Assembly (NCBI RefSeq): GCF_036971445.1 | Contig: NC_091475.1 | Coordinates: 40,300,001 to 40,364,000, forward strand | Length of the DNA stretch: 64,000 nt | Reading direction: 5' to 3' | Source: Narcine bancroftii | Taxonomy: Eukaryota | Shown: piece by piece, positions 48,018-61,039 of the stretch | Numbering within the stretch: position 1 is the stretch's first letter | How the letters are laid out: each line of letters opens with the position of its first letter | Notes under the pieces: model-generated | Told to the model about the DNA's origin: nothing | The model's database searches: none | The model's input: the letters and a program-made list of their open reading frames with translations, nothing else | Made by a program: the position numbers and the translations under genes

Positions 48018-49397
48018 TTAAAAAAAATTTAAAAATTTTTTCACACTGAACCATATCAATCAAAATACATATAATCATTTCCCTCTTAAATATACACAGT
48101 GGCATTTTCTCCCCTTTTTTCCCCCCTACCTTCCCAACCCCCTTCCCACCCCCCTCCAAACCCATTAAACATTCAACATATACAATACGATAAATCCATT
48201 AAACAATGTCATCACACAATGAAAATAAACAAGAAAAATGTGTGATCTACTTTTACACACTGGATCAAGTCATTTTGTCGTCTTATTATTTTATCATTTT
48301 AGGGTATGGAGGTCCGAGGCAAGCCCTCTCTGTTATGTTCCATGTACGGTTCCCAAATTTGTTCAAATAATGTGTTCATATAATTTTAAATTATATGTTA
48401 TTTTTTTCCATTGGAATACATTTATTCATTTCCATGTACCATTGCTGTATTCTCAGGCTCTCTTCTGATTTCCAAGTTGACATTTTACATTTTTTTGCTA
48501 CAGCTAAGGCTATCATAATAAATCTTTTTTGCACTTCATCCAGTTTGAGGCTTAATTCTTTACTTCTTGTATTACTTAGAAGAAAGATCTCTGGATTTTT
48601 TGGTATGTTGCTTTTTGTGATTTTATTTAATAGCTGATTTAGATCTTCCCAAAACTTTTTCACTTTCTCACATGCCCAAATTGCATGTACTGTTGTTCCC
48701 GTTTCCTTCTTGCAGCGAAAACATCTATCTGATAATGTTGGATCCCATTTATTTAACTTTTGGGGCGTGATATATAACCTGTGTAATCAATTATACTGTA
48801 TCATGCGTAACCTTGTGTTTATTGTATTTTTCATAGTTCCAGAGCATAACTTTTCCCATATTTCATTTTTTATCTTTATGTTTAAATCTTTTTCCCACTT
48901 TTGTTTGGGTCTATAGCTTATTTCATCATTTTCCTTCTATTGCAGCTTGATGTACATGTTCGTTATAAATGTTTTAATTATCATTGTTTCTGTAATCACA
49001 TATTCAAAGCTGCTTCCTTCTGGTCATCTCAGTCTGCTTCCCAATTTATCATTTAAATAAGCTTTCAGTTGATGATATGCAAACATTGTACAATGAGTTA
49101 TTCCATATTTGTACATCAATTGTTCAAATGTTAATAAATTATTTCTCAAAAAACAATTTTCTATTCTTTTAATTCCTTTTCTCTCCCATTCTCTAAAGGA
49201 AAGGTTATCTATTGTAAGAGGGATTAGTTGATTTTGCGTTAATAATAATTTTGGTAGTTGGTAATTCATTTTTTTTCCTTACTAAGTGGATCTTCTTCCA
49301 TATATTAAGTAAATGATAAAAGCTGAACTTTTATATTGTACCAGCTTTTCATCCCACTTATAAAGTATATGTTCCGGTACCTTCTCCCCTATTTTAG
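48018..49397 (-). mobile_element. 5'-truncated L1 (same subfamily as 41452-43153)
   Basis: Near-identical ORF2 C-terminus and 3'UTR; perfect 12-bp TSD actgctgtggtt at 48006-48017 and 49398-49409. Confidence 0.92.
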
Positions 49398-49632
49398 ACT
49401 GCTGTGGTTAAAGGAAGATTTTCCCCTTATCCCCGCAACTTGGGATGGCTATTAAAGGACAGCCTTACCACTGATGCCCCTTCCCCGAAAACTGAGTTTG
49501 AGAAAAATTGGAGCTGCACATTCACCTGGAGCCGGCTGAGAATATAAGTGCTGGGGCAGGTACAAAAAGTGGGAACGTTGCAACTGAATTGTTGCTTACT
49601 CCTCACATTAGTTGTCAGTGAGTGTAAGTGGT

Positions 49633-51005
49633 GAGGGATGCTGGGACAGTGTGGTCGGATGGATGCTGGGACGGTGTGGTCGGAGGGATGCTGAGACGGT
49701 GTGGTCGGAGGGATGCTGAGACGGTGTGGTCGGAGGGATGCTGAGACGGTGTGGTCGGAGGGATGCTGAGACGGTGTGGTCGGAGGGATGCTGAGACGGT
49801 GTGGTCGGAGGGATGCTGAGACGGTGTGGTCGGAGGGATGCTGAGACGGTGTGGTCGGAGGGATGCTGAGACGGTGTGGTCGGAGGGATGCTGAGACGGT
49901 GTGGTCGGAGGGATGCTGAGACGGTGTGGTCGGAGGGATGCTGAGACGGTGTGGTCGGAGGGATGCTGAGACGGTGTGGTCGGAGGGATGCTGAGACGGT
50001 GTGGTCGGAGGGATGCTGAGACGGTGTGGTCGGAGGGATGCTGAGACGGTGTGGTCGGAGGGATGCTGAGACGGTGTGGTCGGAGGGATGCTGAGACGGT
50101 GTGGTCGGAGGGATGCTGAGACGGTGTGGTCGGAGGGATGCTGGGACTGTGTGGTCGGAGGGATGCTGGGACTGTGTGGGTCGGAAGGATGCTGGGACTG
50201 TGTGGGTCGGAAGGATGCTGGGACTGTGTGGGTCGGAAGGATGCTGGGACTGTGTGGGTCGGAAGGATGCTGGGACTGTGTGGGTCGGAAGGATGCTGGG
50301 ACTGTGTGGGTCGGAAGGATGCTGGGACTGTGTGGGTCGGAAGGATGCTGGGACTGTGTGGGTCGGAAGGATGCTGGGACTGTGTGGGTCGGAAGGATGC
50401 TGGGAGTGTGGGTCGGAAGGATGCTGGGAGTGTGGGTTGGAAGGATGCTGGGACGGTGTGGGTCGGAGGGATGCTGAGACGGTGTGGGTCGGAGGAATGC
50501 TGAGACGGTGTGGTTGGAGGGATGCTGAGACGGTGTGGTCGGAGGGATGCTGGGACGGTGTGGTCGGAGGGATGCTGGGACGGTGTGGTCGGAGGGATGC
50601 TGGGACGGTGTGGTCGGAGGGATGCTGGGACAGTGTGGTCGGAGGGATGCTGGGACAGTGTGGTCGGAGGGATGCTAGGACAGTGTGGGTCAGAAGGATG
50701 CTGGGACGGTGTGGTCGGAGGGATGCTGAGACGGTGTGGGTCGGAGGGATGCTGGGACAGTGTGGTCGGAGGGATGCTGGGACAGTGTGGTTGGAGGGAT
50801 GCTGGGACAGTGTGGTTGGAGGGATGCTGGGACGGTGTGGGTCGGAAGGATGCTGGGACGGTGTGGTTGGAGGGATGCTGGGACGGTGTGGGTCGGAGGG
50901 ATGCTGGGACAGTGTGGTCGGAGGGATGCTGGGATTTGGTGTGGGTCGGAGGGATGCTGAGATTTGGTGTGGGTCGGAGGGATGCTGGGATTTGGTGTGG
51001 GTTGG
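49633..51005. repeat. 25/26-bp G-rich minisatellite (cggagggatgctgagacggtgtggt and variants)
   Basis: 18 perfect 25-mers at 49681-50130, then a block of 26-mers (cggaaggatgctgggactgtgtgggt), then mixed variants. Confidence 0.97.
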
Positions 51006-51020
51006 ACGTGTGATGTTTCT

Positions 51021-51995
51021 CCTCCACAATCTCCATTGGTCCTGGAGGACCACAGGGTTGTGTTCTTAGCCCCCTGCTCTACTCACTTCACACCTACGAC
51101 TGTGTCGTTCGGTACGATAATAGCACATCTACAAATTTGCTGATGATGCCACAAAAGTGGGTCGTATAAAGGAAGGGGATGAGTCAGCATATGGGATGGA
51201 GATTGTAAACCTGGCTGAATGGTGCACCAACAACAACCTTGTACTCAATGTTACCAAAACTAAGGAGCTGATTGTTGACTTCAGAAAGGAAAGCCAGATC
51301 ACTGGGAGAATCAGAGGTGGAGAGGGTAAACAAATTTAGGTTCTTGGGAGTCACTATCTTGGAGGATATTTCATGGACCCAACAGACCAATTGTATAGTG
51401 AAGAAAGCATGTCAGCACTTTTACTTCCTCAGGAGTTTGCAGAGATTTGATATGACACCAGAAACCTGGCAAATTTCTACAGCGGTGTGATGGAAAATGT
51501 GCTGACCAGCTGCATCATGGCCTGGTATGGGGACACCAATGCCCCTGAGCGCAAAGCCCTGCAAAAGGTAGTGGACACAGCCCAGATCACCTCAGGCTAA
51601 ACTCTGCACTATTGAAAACATCTACAGGGAACGCTGCCGACACTCGCGCTCTCTTTTCGCTGCTGCCATCAGGAAAGAGGTGTAGATGCTGCAAGACTCA
51701 AACCACCAAGTTCAGGAACAGCTGCTAACCCTCCACCATTAGACTCCTCAACAAACTCAATCAGAGACTCATTTAATTGCTTTTAATTGTGCACTTTATT
51801 GATTTTCTTTGTTCTCTCTGTATTGCACAGTCAGTTTGTTTACAGTCATTATCTGTTTACACTTTTTTATATGTTTACACTGAAGTTTATTTTTTGCACT
51901 ACCATTTAGTGGTAATTCTGCCACGCCTATAGGGAAAAGGAAACTCAGGGTTGTATGTGTCATCATGTATGCACTCTGACAATAAATCTGAAATC
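51021..51995 (+). mobile_element. Rex1/Babar LINE 3' portion
   Basis: PQGCVLSPLLYS, YKFADD, NLAEWCTNNNLVLNVTKTKELIVDFRK; ends aataaatctgaaatct. Confidence 0.88.
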
Positions 51996-51999
51996 TAAT

Positions 52000-54561
52000 T
52001 TGACCCTCCAGTGTTCTGACAGGGTAGGATCTTGGATTTACTTCCTCCTGAACAGTGGCCTTTTTGTCCCAAGTGTGGGAATCTCGAGTCTCACTGTGTG
52101 TACCAGTGGCTTGTGCCAGTTGCTGACTTGTCATAGTTTGCTTTTAGTCTCCATGGCAGACGCTTTTGTTTCCATATGATATCTTTGATATCGCTGTCCT
52201 TGTTTGGGTCTGCAGTGTAGGGAAGTGTGGTGCGCTGTCTACGACCCATCAGAAACTCACTGAGTGACATGCCATGTTCAAGTGGAAAAGCTGTGTAACT
52301 TAACAGAGCTAGATACAGATCTGAGCCTCTGTTTAGTGCTTTCCTGAGTTTAACCATGTGAACTCCTTTCTCTGCTTTACCGTTTGACTGTGGATGCAGA
52401 GGACAAAGTCAAATGTCGAAAATCATACTCTTCTGCAAAGTTCTGGACTTCTCTACAAATGTAGCATGGTCCTTTGTCACTGTAGACAATTTGAGAAATT
52501 TCATAGCTTGCAAAGATCAATTTCATGTATTCGATCACATGATCAGCAGACATATTAGGAAGCAGCACAATCTCTGGATGGTTCGATAAATAGTCAATAA
52601 CCAGCAAGTATTTCTTTACATCCATGAGGAACAGATCAGTCATCTGCCGTGGTTCTGCTGGTAAGTCAGCTATAATCATGGGTTGCTGTGTGTGCTTTGA
52701 GTGATGTTTCAAACAGGTCTTACAGCTGGAAACCATCCTGTCAATGTCAGCATTTATCCCTGGCCAATAAAGAGCAGTTCTGGCCTTTCTCTTGCATTTT
52801 GCCATTCCAAAGTGTACCCTTTTCAGCAGGCTCTTGTCACAGTGATTGAGGAATTATAATTCTGCTCTGTCTGAGTAGAAGCCCGTTGACAACACTCAGA
52901 TCAGCTCTGATGTTGCAGTATGGCTGACATTCACCTCTAGGCCATCCTTCATTCAGATTCTTGATGACCTTCTGTAGAACTGTGTCCTTTTTTGTTTCAG
53001 CTACGATCTGCTTGGATTTCATGTCAGATACGGGAAGATATTCAGTGACCAGATTCGCATGGAGATTCACATCTGTCTCTGTGGAACTCTCATTGTATGC
53101 TTCACTCTGCGTCGTTGCCCTGGATAATACATCAGCTGACGCAATAGTTTCCCTGGTGTGTATACCCTCTTGACTAGGCTTAAGTTTTAACATGCTTTGT
53201 CACCAAGCAGTGATTCATGTCCATCTGGGACTACTGTGAGCCTGAGGTGGTTCTCTCTATCTTTAACTTTCACCTTGAGTTTACTTGTACCCTTTGTGTG
53301 CCAATGTTCTGTTCGTTGTAGGCTTTGAGCTGTACAGGATTTTCATGGATCTATGGCTTTATCTTCATTGCCCTGATGTCATGCTCACAGATCAAATTGA
53401 CATTTGCTCCTGTTTTCAGGTTGAAAAGAATATTTGTTCCATTTGTACGCAATGGCACAGTTTACTTGTCCTACTCAACTCTGTTCATGCTTGGCTGTTC
53501 AGTATCTGTTAGTTTATAATCTTCCTGCACTACCATGCTAACGAAATTGTATCACTGAGGGCAGTTTCTTCTATAGTGCGTACACTTTCATTTCTGTTTT
53601 GTTCCCCTTTGGAAAAACATTGGTTTGCATAGTGATTCTGCCCTTTGCACTTATTACAGACTTTTCCATAGGCTGGGCACTGTTTTGGTGCATGTAGAGT
53701 GCCACATTGTTTCCACTTGAATGTCTCTCCATCTTTTTGTTGTTTCCTATATCTCATTTTTTGTTTATGTGTGTGGACACACACAGTAGCTACGGGCTAT
53801 GCCTTCGTTTTCACTGGCTTTTGCACTCTCACCAAACTAACTTTTTCACATGCTGCAGAGCTAAATCACTGGCGAGGCATATCTTCACAGCTCTAGCCAA
53901 GGTAAGCTTTTTCTCGTCCAGAAACCTCTCTCACTTTATTATCAATATTCCTGAACACATTTTGAATGCGGATCATTAAATCTTGAAGCGCTTCAAAATT
54001 GCATGTTCTTGCTTTTAATTTCAAGCCTGTTAATATATTAAAAAAAGATCAAAAGTCTCTCCCTGCGGCAGCATGTGTGAGGAAAACTCTTGAATGTTTC
54101 ATTTTTCTTTGGTGAACAGTGTTCATCAACTTGATAACTTTGTCAAACTTGTGCCTTGGCAAAAACAAATCTATGGTAAACCTATAGTGCTTGAGGTCCC
54201 ACCATAGTAAATAGCAGTGCAATCTTCAATGCATCAGGTTTGCTATTGAGTCCAATGGCTTGCAGGTACAGCATGAATCTTTGTTTGAACAGCCTCCACT
54301 CGTATTCGACATTTCCAGTCCAATGTCTTAGCATGAGGATTCTTTACACTCTCCATATCTCCTGATACACACTCTGCACACTCCTGATGTTTCTTCCATT
54401 CTTAGCACCATGTGATGTTTCTTTTATTGCAACTATACTTTATTAGCAATGGAACTCATGCATGACCATGTGGAGGCATCATCTTGAATCCAACTGAGGC
54501 TGCCACAAACTAGTCTCTGACACCCTCCAGTGGTCACGAGGATCACTAGCACTCTATTACA
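52000..54561 (-). mobile_element. Internally deleted Gypsy (Mag-like) element: 5' LTR 54411-54561, PBS, gag with CCHC knuckles, integrase; RT largely missing
   Basis: CGTLHAPKQCPAYGKVCNKCKGQNHYANQC; ARTALYWPGIN, YLLVIDYLS, VYSDKGP; TG...CA LTR followed on the minus strand by a tggtg PBS. Confidence 0.87.
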
Positions 54562-54913
54562 AAAAGAGGGATACTGGGACTTGGTGTGGGACTGAGGGAT
54601 GCTGGGACAGTGTGGGTCAGTGGCATACTGAGTCTCAGTGTGTGTTGGAGCACACAGGAGAGATTCAGGTAACCATATTAATAGGAAGTAGAGTGAGGAC
54701 CTAGGTGCACATAATTTGGGAGAGTTGACAGGAAATGTAATGGTGGCGGGAGGGGTAACAGGGATAGTATGACTGAGGAAGCAGAGCAGTTGGTGGGGGA
54801 AGAGGCGCACAGCAGCTGGTAGTCAGAACTCCTTGTTATCTGACACTACACTCCTCTTGTCAAAGCCGTGATTCCCCCCCTCCGCCCCGTGTGCAGACCT
54901 CCCAAGTATTGGG

Positions 54914-55143
54914 CTGCTCTGATGTTGCAGTATGGCTGACATTCACCTCTAGGCCATCCTTCATTCAGATTCTTGATGACCTTCTGTAGAACTGTGTCCT
55001 TTTTTGTTTCAGCTGCGATCTGCTTGGATTTCATGTCAGATACGGGAAGATATTCAATGACCAGATTCGCATGGAGATTCACATTTGTCTCTGTGGAACT
55101 CTCATTGTATGTTTCACTCTGCATCATTGCCCTGGATAATACA
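54914..55143 (-). repeat. About 230-bp second copy of the Gypsy pol segment at 52904-53131
   Basis: Near-identical sequence with only a few substitutions, which are transitions. Confidence 0.85.
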
Positions 55144-58100
55144 TTTGTGATGTTTCAGATCTGGAATCTGGGAAGCTGGGTCAGGGAACTGAAGGAGAGA
55201 TGGAATTATGCGGTGAAGTGATCAGGAGTAGCTCCGTGACAATCCCCAAGCCACCACTGCATAGCCCCGAGTTCTTCTACAGGTGCGGCTGCTGACGACT
55301 TGGATCCATGGTCTTCTGAGGAATTCTGGTGATTACAGGCAGGTCTCAAAGGACCAGGTTAAACATTTCCAAGCCGTGATTACTAATGCTGCAGCCTGGC
55401 TGCCCACATTCATTCTCCTAGAGGGGTTGGGTCCTTTCTTTATACCTTGACTATTAATGTAGGCACATGTTCTCTTCATGTAAATTGTGCCTTCCTTTCA
55501 TTTTGCAATTGTTGCAGTTAAGAGAAGTCTGCAAGTTAACGGATCAACTGACTGGAAAATCTGTGAGTGTTGTTTCTGGGAATATGGCATTCTGATCTAG
55601 TAGAGTGCTTGTTTTGTGCTGTGTGGAAAGTTAGGAATAGCCATTCTTTGATAAAATACATTTATGATGTTGCTTTGGTGTTTATATAACAAACACTAGC
55701 ATTGCTTCCCTTGTCAGGCTGCAGTGGGAAGAGCTCTGCACAGGGAGAATGTTGCTAAAGCTATGACTGTACTTCGATGTGGAAAAATAAACCTATTGCT
55801 ACTAAAACTGTCCCTAAAAGTGACTAGAATTTATTTAAAGTAATTCTCTTGAATTTTTGCTCTAATCCCTCCTCCTCAACTCAGCAGTTTGTTTTCTGAT
55901 GTTTGACCTTAAACCCAGTACAAAACCCAGCAAAATTCCTGGTCTTTGTGAAGACAGGGTCAATGTCTGAAGTGTGATGCATTCAGCTGGACTTTGTCAT
56001 TAATTTTGACTGATCAGCAATTATGTCTAAGTTGGACATAGCGTTAAGGATCACCGTGCCCCTCATCTCTTTCTGTATTATGAGCTCGCCAATTTGCCAC
56101 AGAGTATTTGGGTAGATTTCTCCATTGGCAAGAATAGGAATGATGTTAACTTTTCATGCTCTTCCTGAAAGCAACCTTCGTCCCTGTTGTTTCTACCTAA
56201 TTATTATGTAAATTACCATTATTCAGCCTTGGAGACCTCTTGACACTCTTGTGCATTAAATTTTACGATCATGACATGCTACGGGGGCATGCGTTCAGGT
56301 CTGTTGTATGAGACGAAGGGAGAGTTGCCTGCTGAATTAGCCCAGGCTGCACTGTCAAACTCTGCAGCAGTGGGCAACTGGGCGATATCAGCCACGGTTG
56401 GAGAGCCGCAGTTCTGGTCCGTGCACAAAGTATAACCTGGGTGGCCTCACACAATCCATATCCCTCCATTTGGTGGGATTCATCTTAAGGCTAGCCTATT
56501 CAAGTTGGCTATTTTATGGTGAACACAATCCTGTCCTTTAGACTATGCTGCTTTTTTTTAATTGGAAGTCATGAGTTTGTTCCATTTGTGCTCAAAATCA
56601 ATGCTGACCAATTTTTGAGTGATTTTTAAATTGCAACTTGTCTGATCTCTTGCTCGTAAAAAAAAAAAAAAAAAAAAAAAAACAGCCCACAATATACTTG
56701 GGACATAAAGTTCTCCAATATTCATCATTTACCCAATGTCAGGCAAGCAGAAAACCTGGCCAGTTTCCCAGGATGATTTGTACTTCCACTTTCAGCATAA
56801 TTGTCTGCTGTGATTTTTTTACCCCACAAAGACCACGCAATAGTCAAAGAATTGCTGGGGAATCTCAGCAGGTTGAGACCGTATCCATGGGTAGAAATAG
56901 TCAACGTTTCTAGTCTGAAACCCAATATCCAAAACATTGACTGACTTTGGATACTATCTGAGACCCTCCAGCAATTCTTAGACCACTCAAGGTTTCAGGG
57001 TCTGTAGCTTTTGTGTTTCTCTCTTTGTGCAATAGGAAGTTGCTAAGTGATGAGGGGCAAAACACAAATATAAGGATTTTTGTGTGTGTGGTGTTACTTG
57101 CATTCATTCACACAGATTTTTGTTTAAACTGATTCAGCAGAAGTTGGTGGAGACTTGTGGAAATTGGTCCTTGCCTGCAGATGCTCAGCCACCTGTCGAA
57201 AGAAGGGTTTGCAGTGGGAGAGCTGGGTAAATCTTGGCTCTCACAACATAGTGGAATGTTGCCCTGCCAGTTGCTGTTGTGATATCCTCCTCTGCTGCTA
57301 GCCTTATTCTTTCTTCATACCATTTCAATGAGTGGAAAATTCCTGGATGTGTTTTAAGAATATATCTATAAACTTCAAAAATTCTAGGAATTCTCAATCC
57401 CTCCAACTCTGGCCTTGTTAGTCGACCACTTCCTTAACCCCAACATTGATGGCAGTCCATACCTCCAGTTCTGGAATTACAACCTCTTTCAACTGCTTGG
57501 TTCTTTGACCAAGCTCTGATCTCCATTGTCATGGGTCCACTTCTGGTGTTCTGCTGCTCTCACATATAAAGCAGCTTGGGATGATGTGCAGTGTAGGTAA
57601 AGGTGCCAGTTGTTGGATATCTTTGAGCAAGGAATGCAGAAATCTGCCCCTTGGGTTCTTCTCCATCCCTACACCATAAGCTCCTTCTCACCACAGTCAC
57701 CTTTCTGTGAGCTGCTTCAGTAACCAACCTGATGCTGAGCGCTCTCAAGACCACATGAGCAGATCAGTTGCAATCGACCAGTGTTATTGAAATATATTCT
57801 CTGATCATGTTTGCATTGCAACTAATGGGAGCACGTTGAGGGCAAAGGAGCCTTGCTTTTCATACAGAGCAGGAGTGCCAACTCCTCTCAGGCATTCTCT
57901 CGGGACTGAGGCTGAATTGCTTTCACTCAGATGTTGTGGCTTATGGTGTGGAAACAAGCAGATTCTTGCACTGAGGGGCATGGGTGGGTAGGCAGCTTGT
58001 AACGTACAATGCACATCTGCATCAAAAGGGCGGTGTAGGCTGATAGGGAGGGGAAAGGGAAGGAGGAATGGGGCCAGAGAGATCAGGGAAAGCCATGTGG

Positions 58101-58178
58101 ATTTGGTGGGGGGGGGGGTGGGTGGAAGAAAGGGGGCTACCGGAAATTGGATAAGTCAAATATTATTTTTCATGGTTG

Positions 58179-58452
58179 TGTGGCGGCGCACATCCTCATG
58201 GCGAACCAGCCCCGCTTGTATTGCCACGTGGCGGGGCAGCCATGGGGAAATGGCATCATCAGAGGTTTCTCTCTGACTCCAGCCTCCCTTCCACCGCGCA
58301 CCCTGGGCAGCAATTATGACGTCACAATGCACCAGGTGACTGAGCTCATGCTGCCTTATAAGGGCGTGCTGAATTTGAATAAAAACAGTCATTAACGACC
58401 CTCAACATGGTGGCTGTGTTTCTTCTACTGCTCACACCTCCATAGGTGCTAC
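58179..58452 (+). mobile_element. Putative Gypsy-type solo LTR
   Basis: tgtggcggcgcac start, TATA at 58356-58361, AATAAA at 58378-58383, CpG-rich; 3' end degenerate. Confidence 0.6.
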
Positions 58453-58929
58453 CTAAGTTGATACAGCACTTCTAATTGCTCCATCTGAGTTCCTCCAGAA
58501 CTTTGTTTGTGTGTTGCTTCAGTTTTTCAGCATCTGCATACTTCTTGTTTACCATCGTTATCATTAGATCTACTTCAAAGACAATACTTCCTGGTCTGAG
58601 GGTCCAGCAATCTCAAGCTCACTCTCTAACTTGTTCATCTACCCTGAGCCTATTACAGCAGGTTAAATGTAGTGTACATTAAGAATGCCTTCACTGAGCT
58701 CGGGTTAGGTTAGTAGACTACCGATGCATATTCGGTTATGGATGGGCATCCGGATTTGCATGCTGCAGGCACAAAAGTCATTGAATGTTCCAGCATCAGT
58801 TCTGACTCCTTGGTTGCTGGACTATTCTTTGTTATCTAAATTAATGCATGGAATCTGCTCCATTTGACCCAATTCACCCACCAAGTTCAATGTCCTTCCA
58901 AACCCTTCAAACCTCGATTCACCCTAATG

Positions 58930-59676
58930 CAGGCCTGGATTAGCCATAAAGCAAAATAACCATGTGTCTAGGGCACCAAGGGAAGGGGGCACCACAGAAT
59001 TTTCTCCCAGTGCTGGATTTATCCTGCTGCAGCTGAACTAGGGCCCCACAAAAAGCCCCCCCCCCCAAAACAATAAATTTAAAAAAAATGCAGGTTATAT
59101 TTAATATATAATACAACTCTGATTATCCAAAAAAAAAATTGGACCCGGAAATGACGTCTGTTTGGCTCTGAAAATATTTTTGGATAATTGAGGATATCTG
59201 AAACGATCATAAATCCTCAGTTATCCAAATTTTTTTCTGAGCTGAACTGACATCACAGGTTGTTTAAAAAATGTTTGTAGAATTTTGCATTTTTGGTGTT
59301 GGATTTATCTTATTTTATTCAGTTTTTTTGGGTGAGAATTAAACATTATTTCATGCTTTAAAAGCTTCCTTTGTTGTTTGTTGTTGTTTAAACACTGTTC
59401 TAAGTGATTTGCTGTTGCTACTGGGCTGTTTTTAAAAAGTAACCAGTTCTCCGAATAAACCATTTAACCAAAATGGGCCTGGTCCCGACCATCTCAGATA
59501 ATCAATGTGGTACTGTAGTTGTGGGGTCTGGCCTGGAAGAAAACTGAATTTTTAATCTATTATTTCACATTCAGCGTTTATTTATTGAGACTTAATGTCT
59601 TGTCAGTTAGGCAATGGAAAGGTCCAGGGGAAACCATTGTTGAGCTAGGGCATCAGTTGGCCTTAATCTGGCCCTG
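58930..59676. mobile_element. hAT MITE containing a nested Tigger/pogo-like MITE (59109-59515)
   Basis: TIRs caggcctggatta / taatctggccctg with 8-bp TSD (c/a)cctaatg; the inner element has tacaactctgattatc ... gataatcaatgtggtactg ends with TA flanks. Confidence 0.7.
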
Positions 59677-60089
59677 ACCTAATGCCTCAACAACTGTACT
59701 TGAATGCATTGCAGGCCCTCACACACATCAATGAAGAGGTTTCTCTTGTTTGAACTTCTGGAGTTTAGTCTTGAAACGGTTTATTATTTTATAATCTGCA
59801 ACCAGTGGAGCCAGTCTGCATTTAACTATTGTGTCCCAACCTTTGATCATTTTAAACAATCCTATCGCAAACCTCCATAATCTTGTTATTCTAGCAGAAG
59901 CCAGAATGAAAGCCATTGCCAGTTCAGTGAGCTGTTCTCTTGACAGGAGTTATCCAATCGATGATGCCATAGCTTTATCTGAAGGAAAAGCGATGTAATT
60001 TGCAGATTGTGTTTTGGTTGGTGTTTTGGACTGTACTCGGGTTGAAAAGCTTTTGGCTTAATGAGCAAATTCATTTGAGGTTAACATCC

Positions 60090-60720
60090 ACATATTTATT
60101 CTTGCTACATCTATTATGGCGACATTGAGGAATAGGGAATATTTTCATCTAACAAGTGCGAGAAGAGTTCCCATAAGGGATTAAATGTCTTGACATAGAC
60201 ATCGCTGGGGATACTGGAGACCAGAGAGGGGAATTATCAAAGGTTTATCCCCGTATATCTTCAATATGGGTTCCATGTTCTTAAAAGCATGTTGTAACAA
60301 TTTCTGAGGTTGTAAGTAATCTTCTCCAGGGGAATAAAACTATGCCTTTCTGACCTCCAATGGGTCAGACTCAGTTGGAAATCAGATTTCCAAGTAATGG
60401 CTATGCATTTCCTGGCCATCGCTAAAGTGATTTTTAACAAATTTCAACTGCTATTTTGACAGCCTTATTTTAGATCTTTTCCCCAATAAAAACAATTCTG
60501 GCACCTGAGGGTATTGAATTCCGGTTATTCCAGGAGATTCCCCAAATCTTCCCAGAAGGATTCACCTTAGGGCATAACCAGGTTGAATGCAAAAAGGACC
60601 CTATATCTTGATCGCATCAAAAGAATAAATTGGATAATTCAGATTTCAATTTATTTGATTTTTGTGGAGTAAGGTACAGCTGATGCAAAAAATTATATTT
60701 CACCAGCCTATACCTTACAT
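60090..60720 (-). mobile_element. Old L1 3' fragment
   Basis: Minus translation LAMARKCIAITWKSDFQL is homologous to LAVAKKCIMSTWK of the younger L1s. Confidence 0.6.
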
Positions 60721-61039
60721 TAATAGTGAGCTGTTAAACTGGCTGGTGTTTCAGCACCAACCCACTGATGCAAGTTCTGTATCTTTTACACTCCGCATCT
60801 CTTGCTGTGCTCTGCTTGAAGCAGTGAATTACACGAAAGTGCTGCAATGTTGCAGGCAGGAGTGGTTGCATTGTACAGTGAGCTGTTGGTCAGAGAGAAG
60901 CAACAAGCTGTGCATTCAAGTCATCCCCAGAGCCAGGAGCTCATCATCTGGGCCCTTCAGTGTATTGCAGAGGGAGGTGCTTCCTCTCTGATGAAAAGAT
61001 CTGAGGTCTTGTGCTAAAGGTCCCAAGTATTTGGAGAGG

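Noticed and set aside
49608-51069. 481-, 473- and 322-aa ORFs on both strands
   Set aside because: They are a by-product of the 25/26-bp satellite, which lacks stops in several frames; there is no non-repeat coding context.
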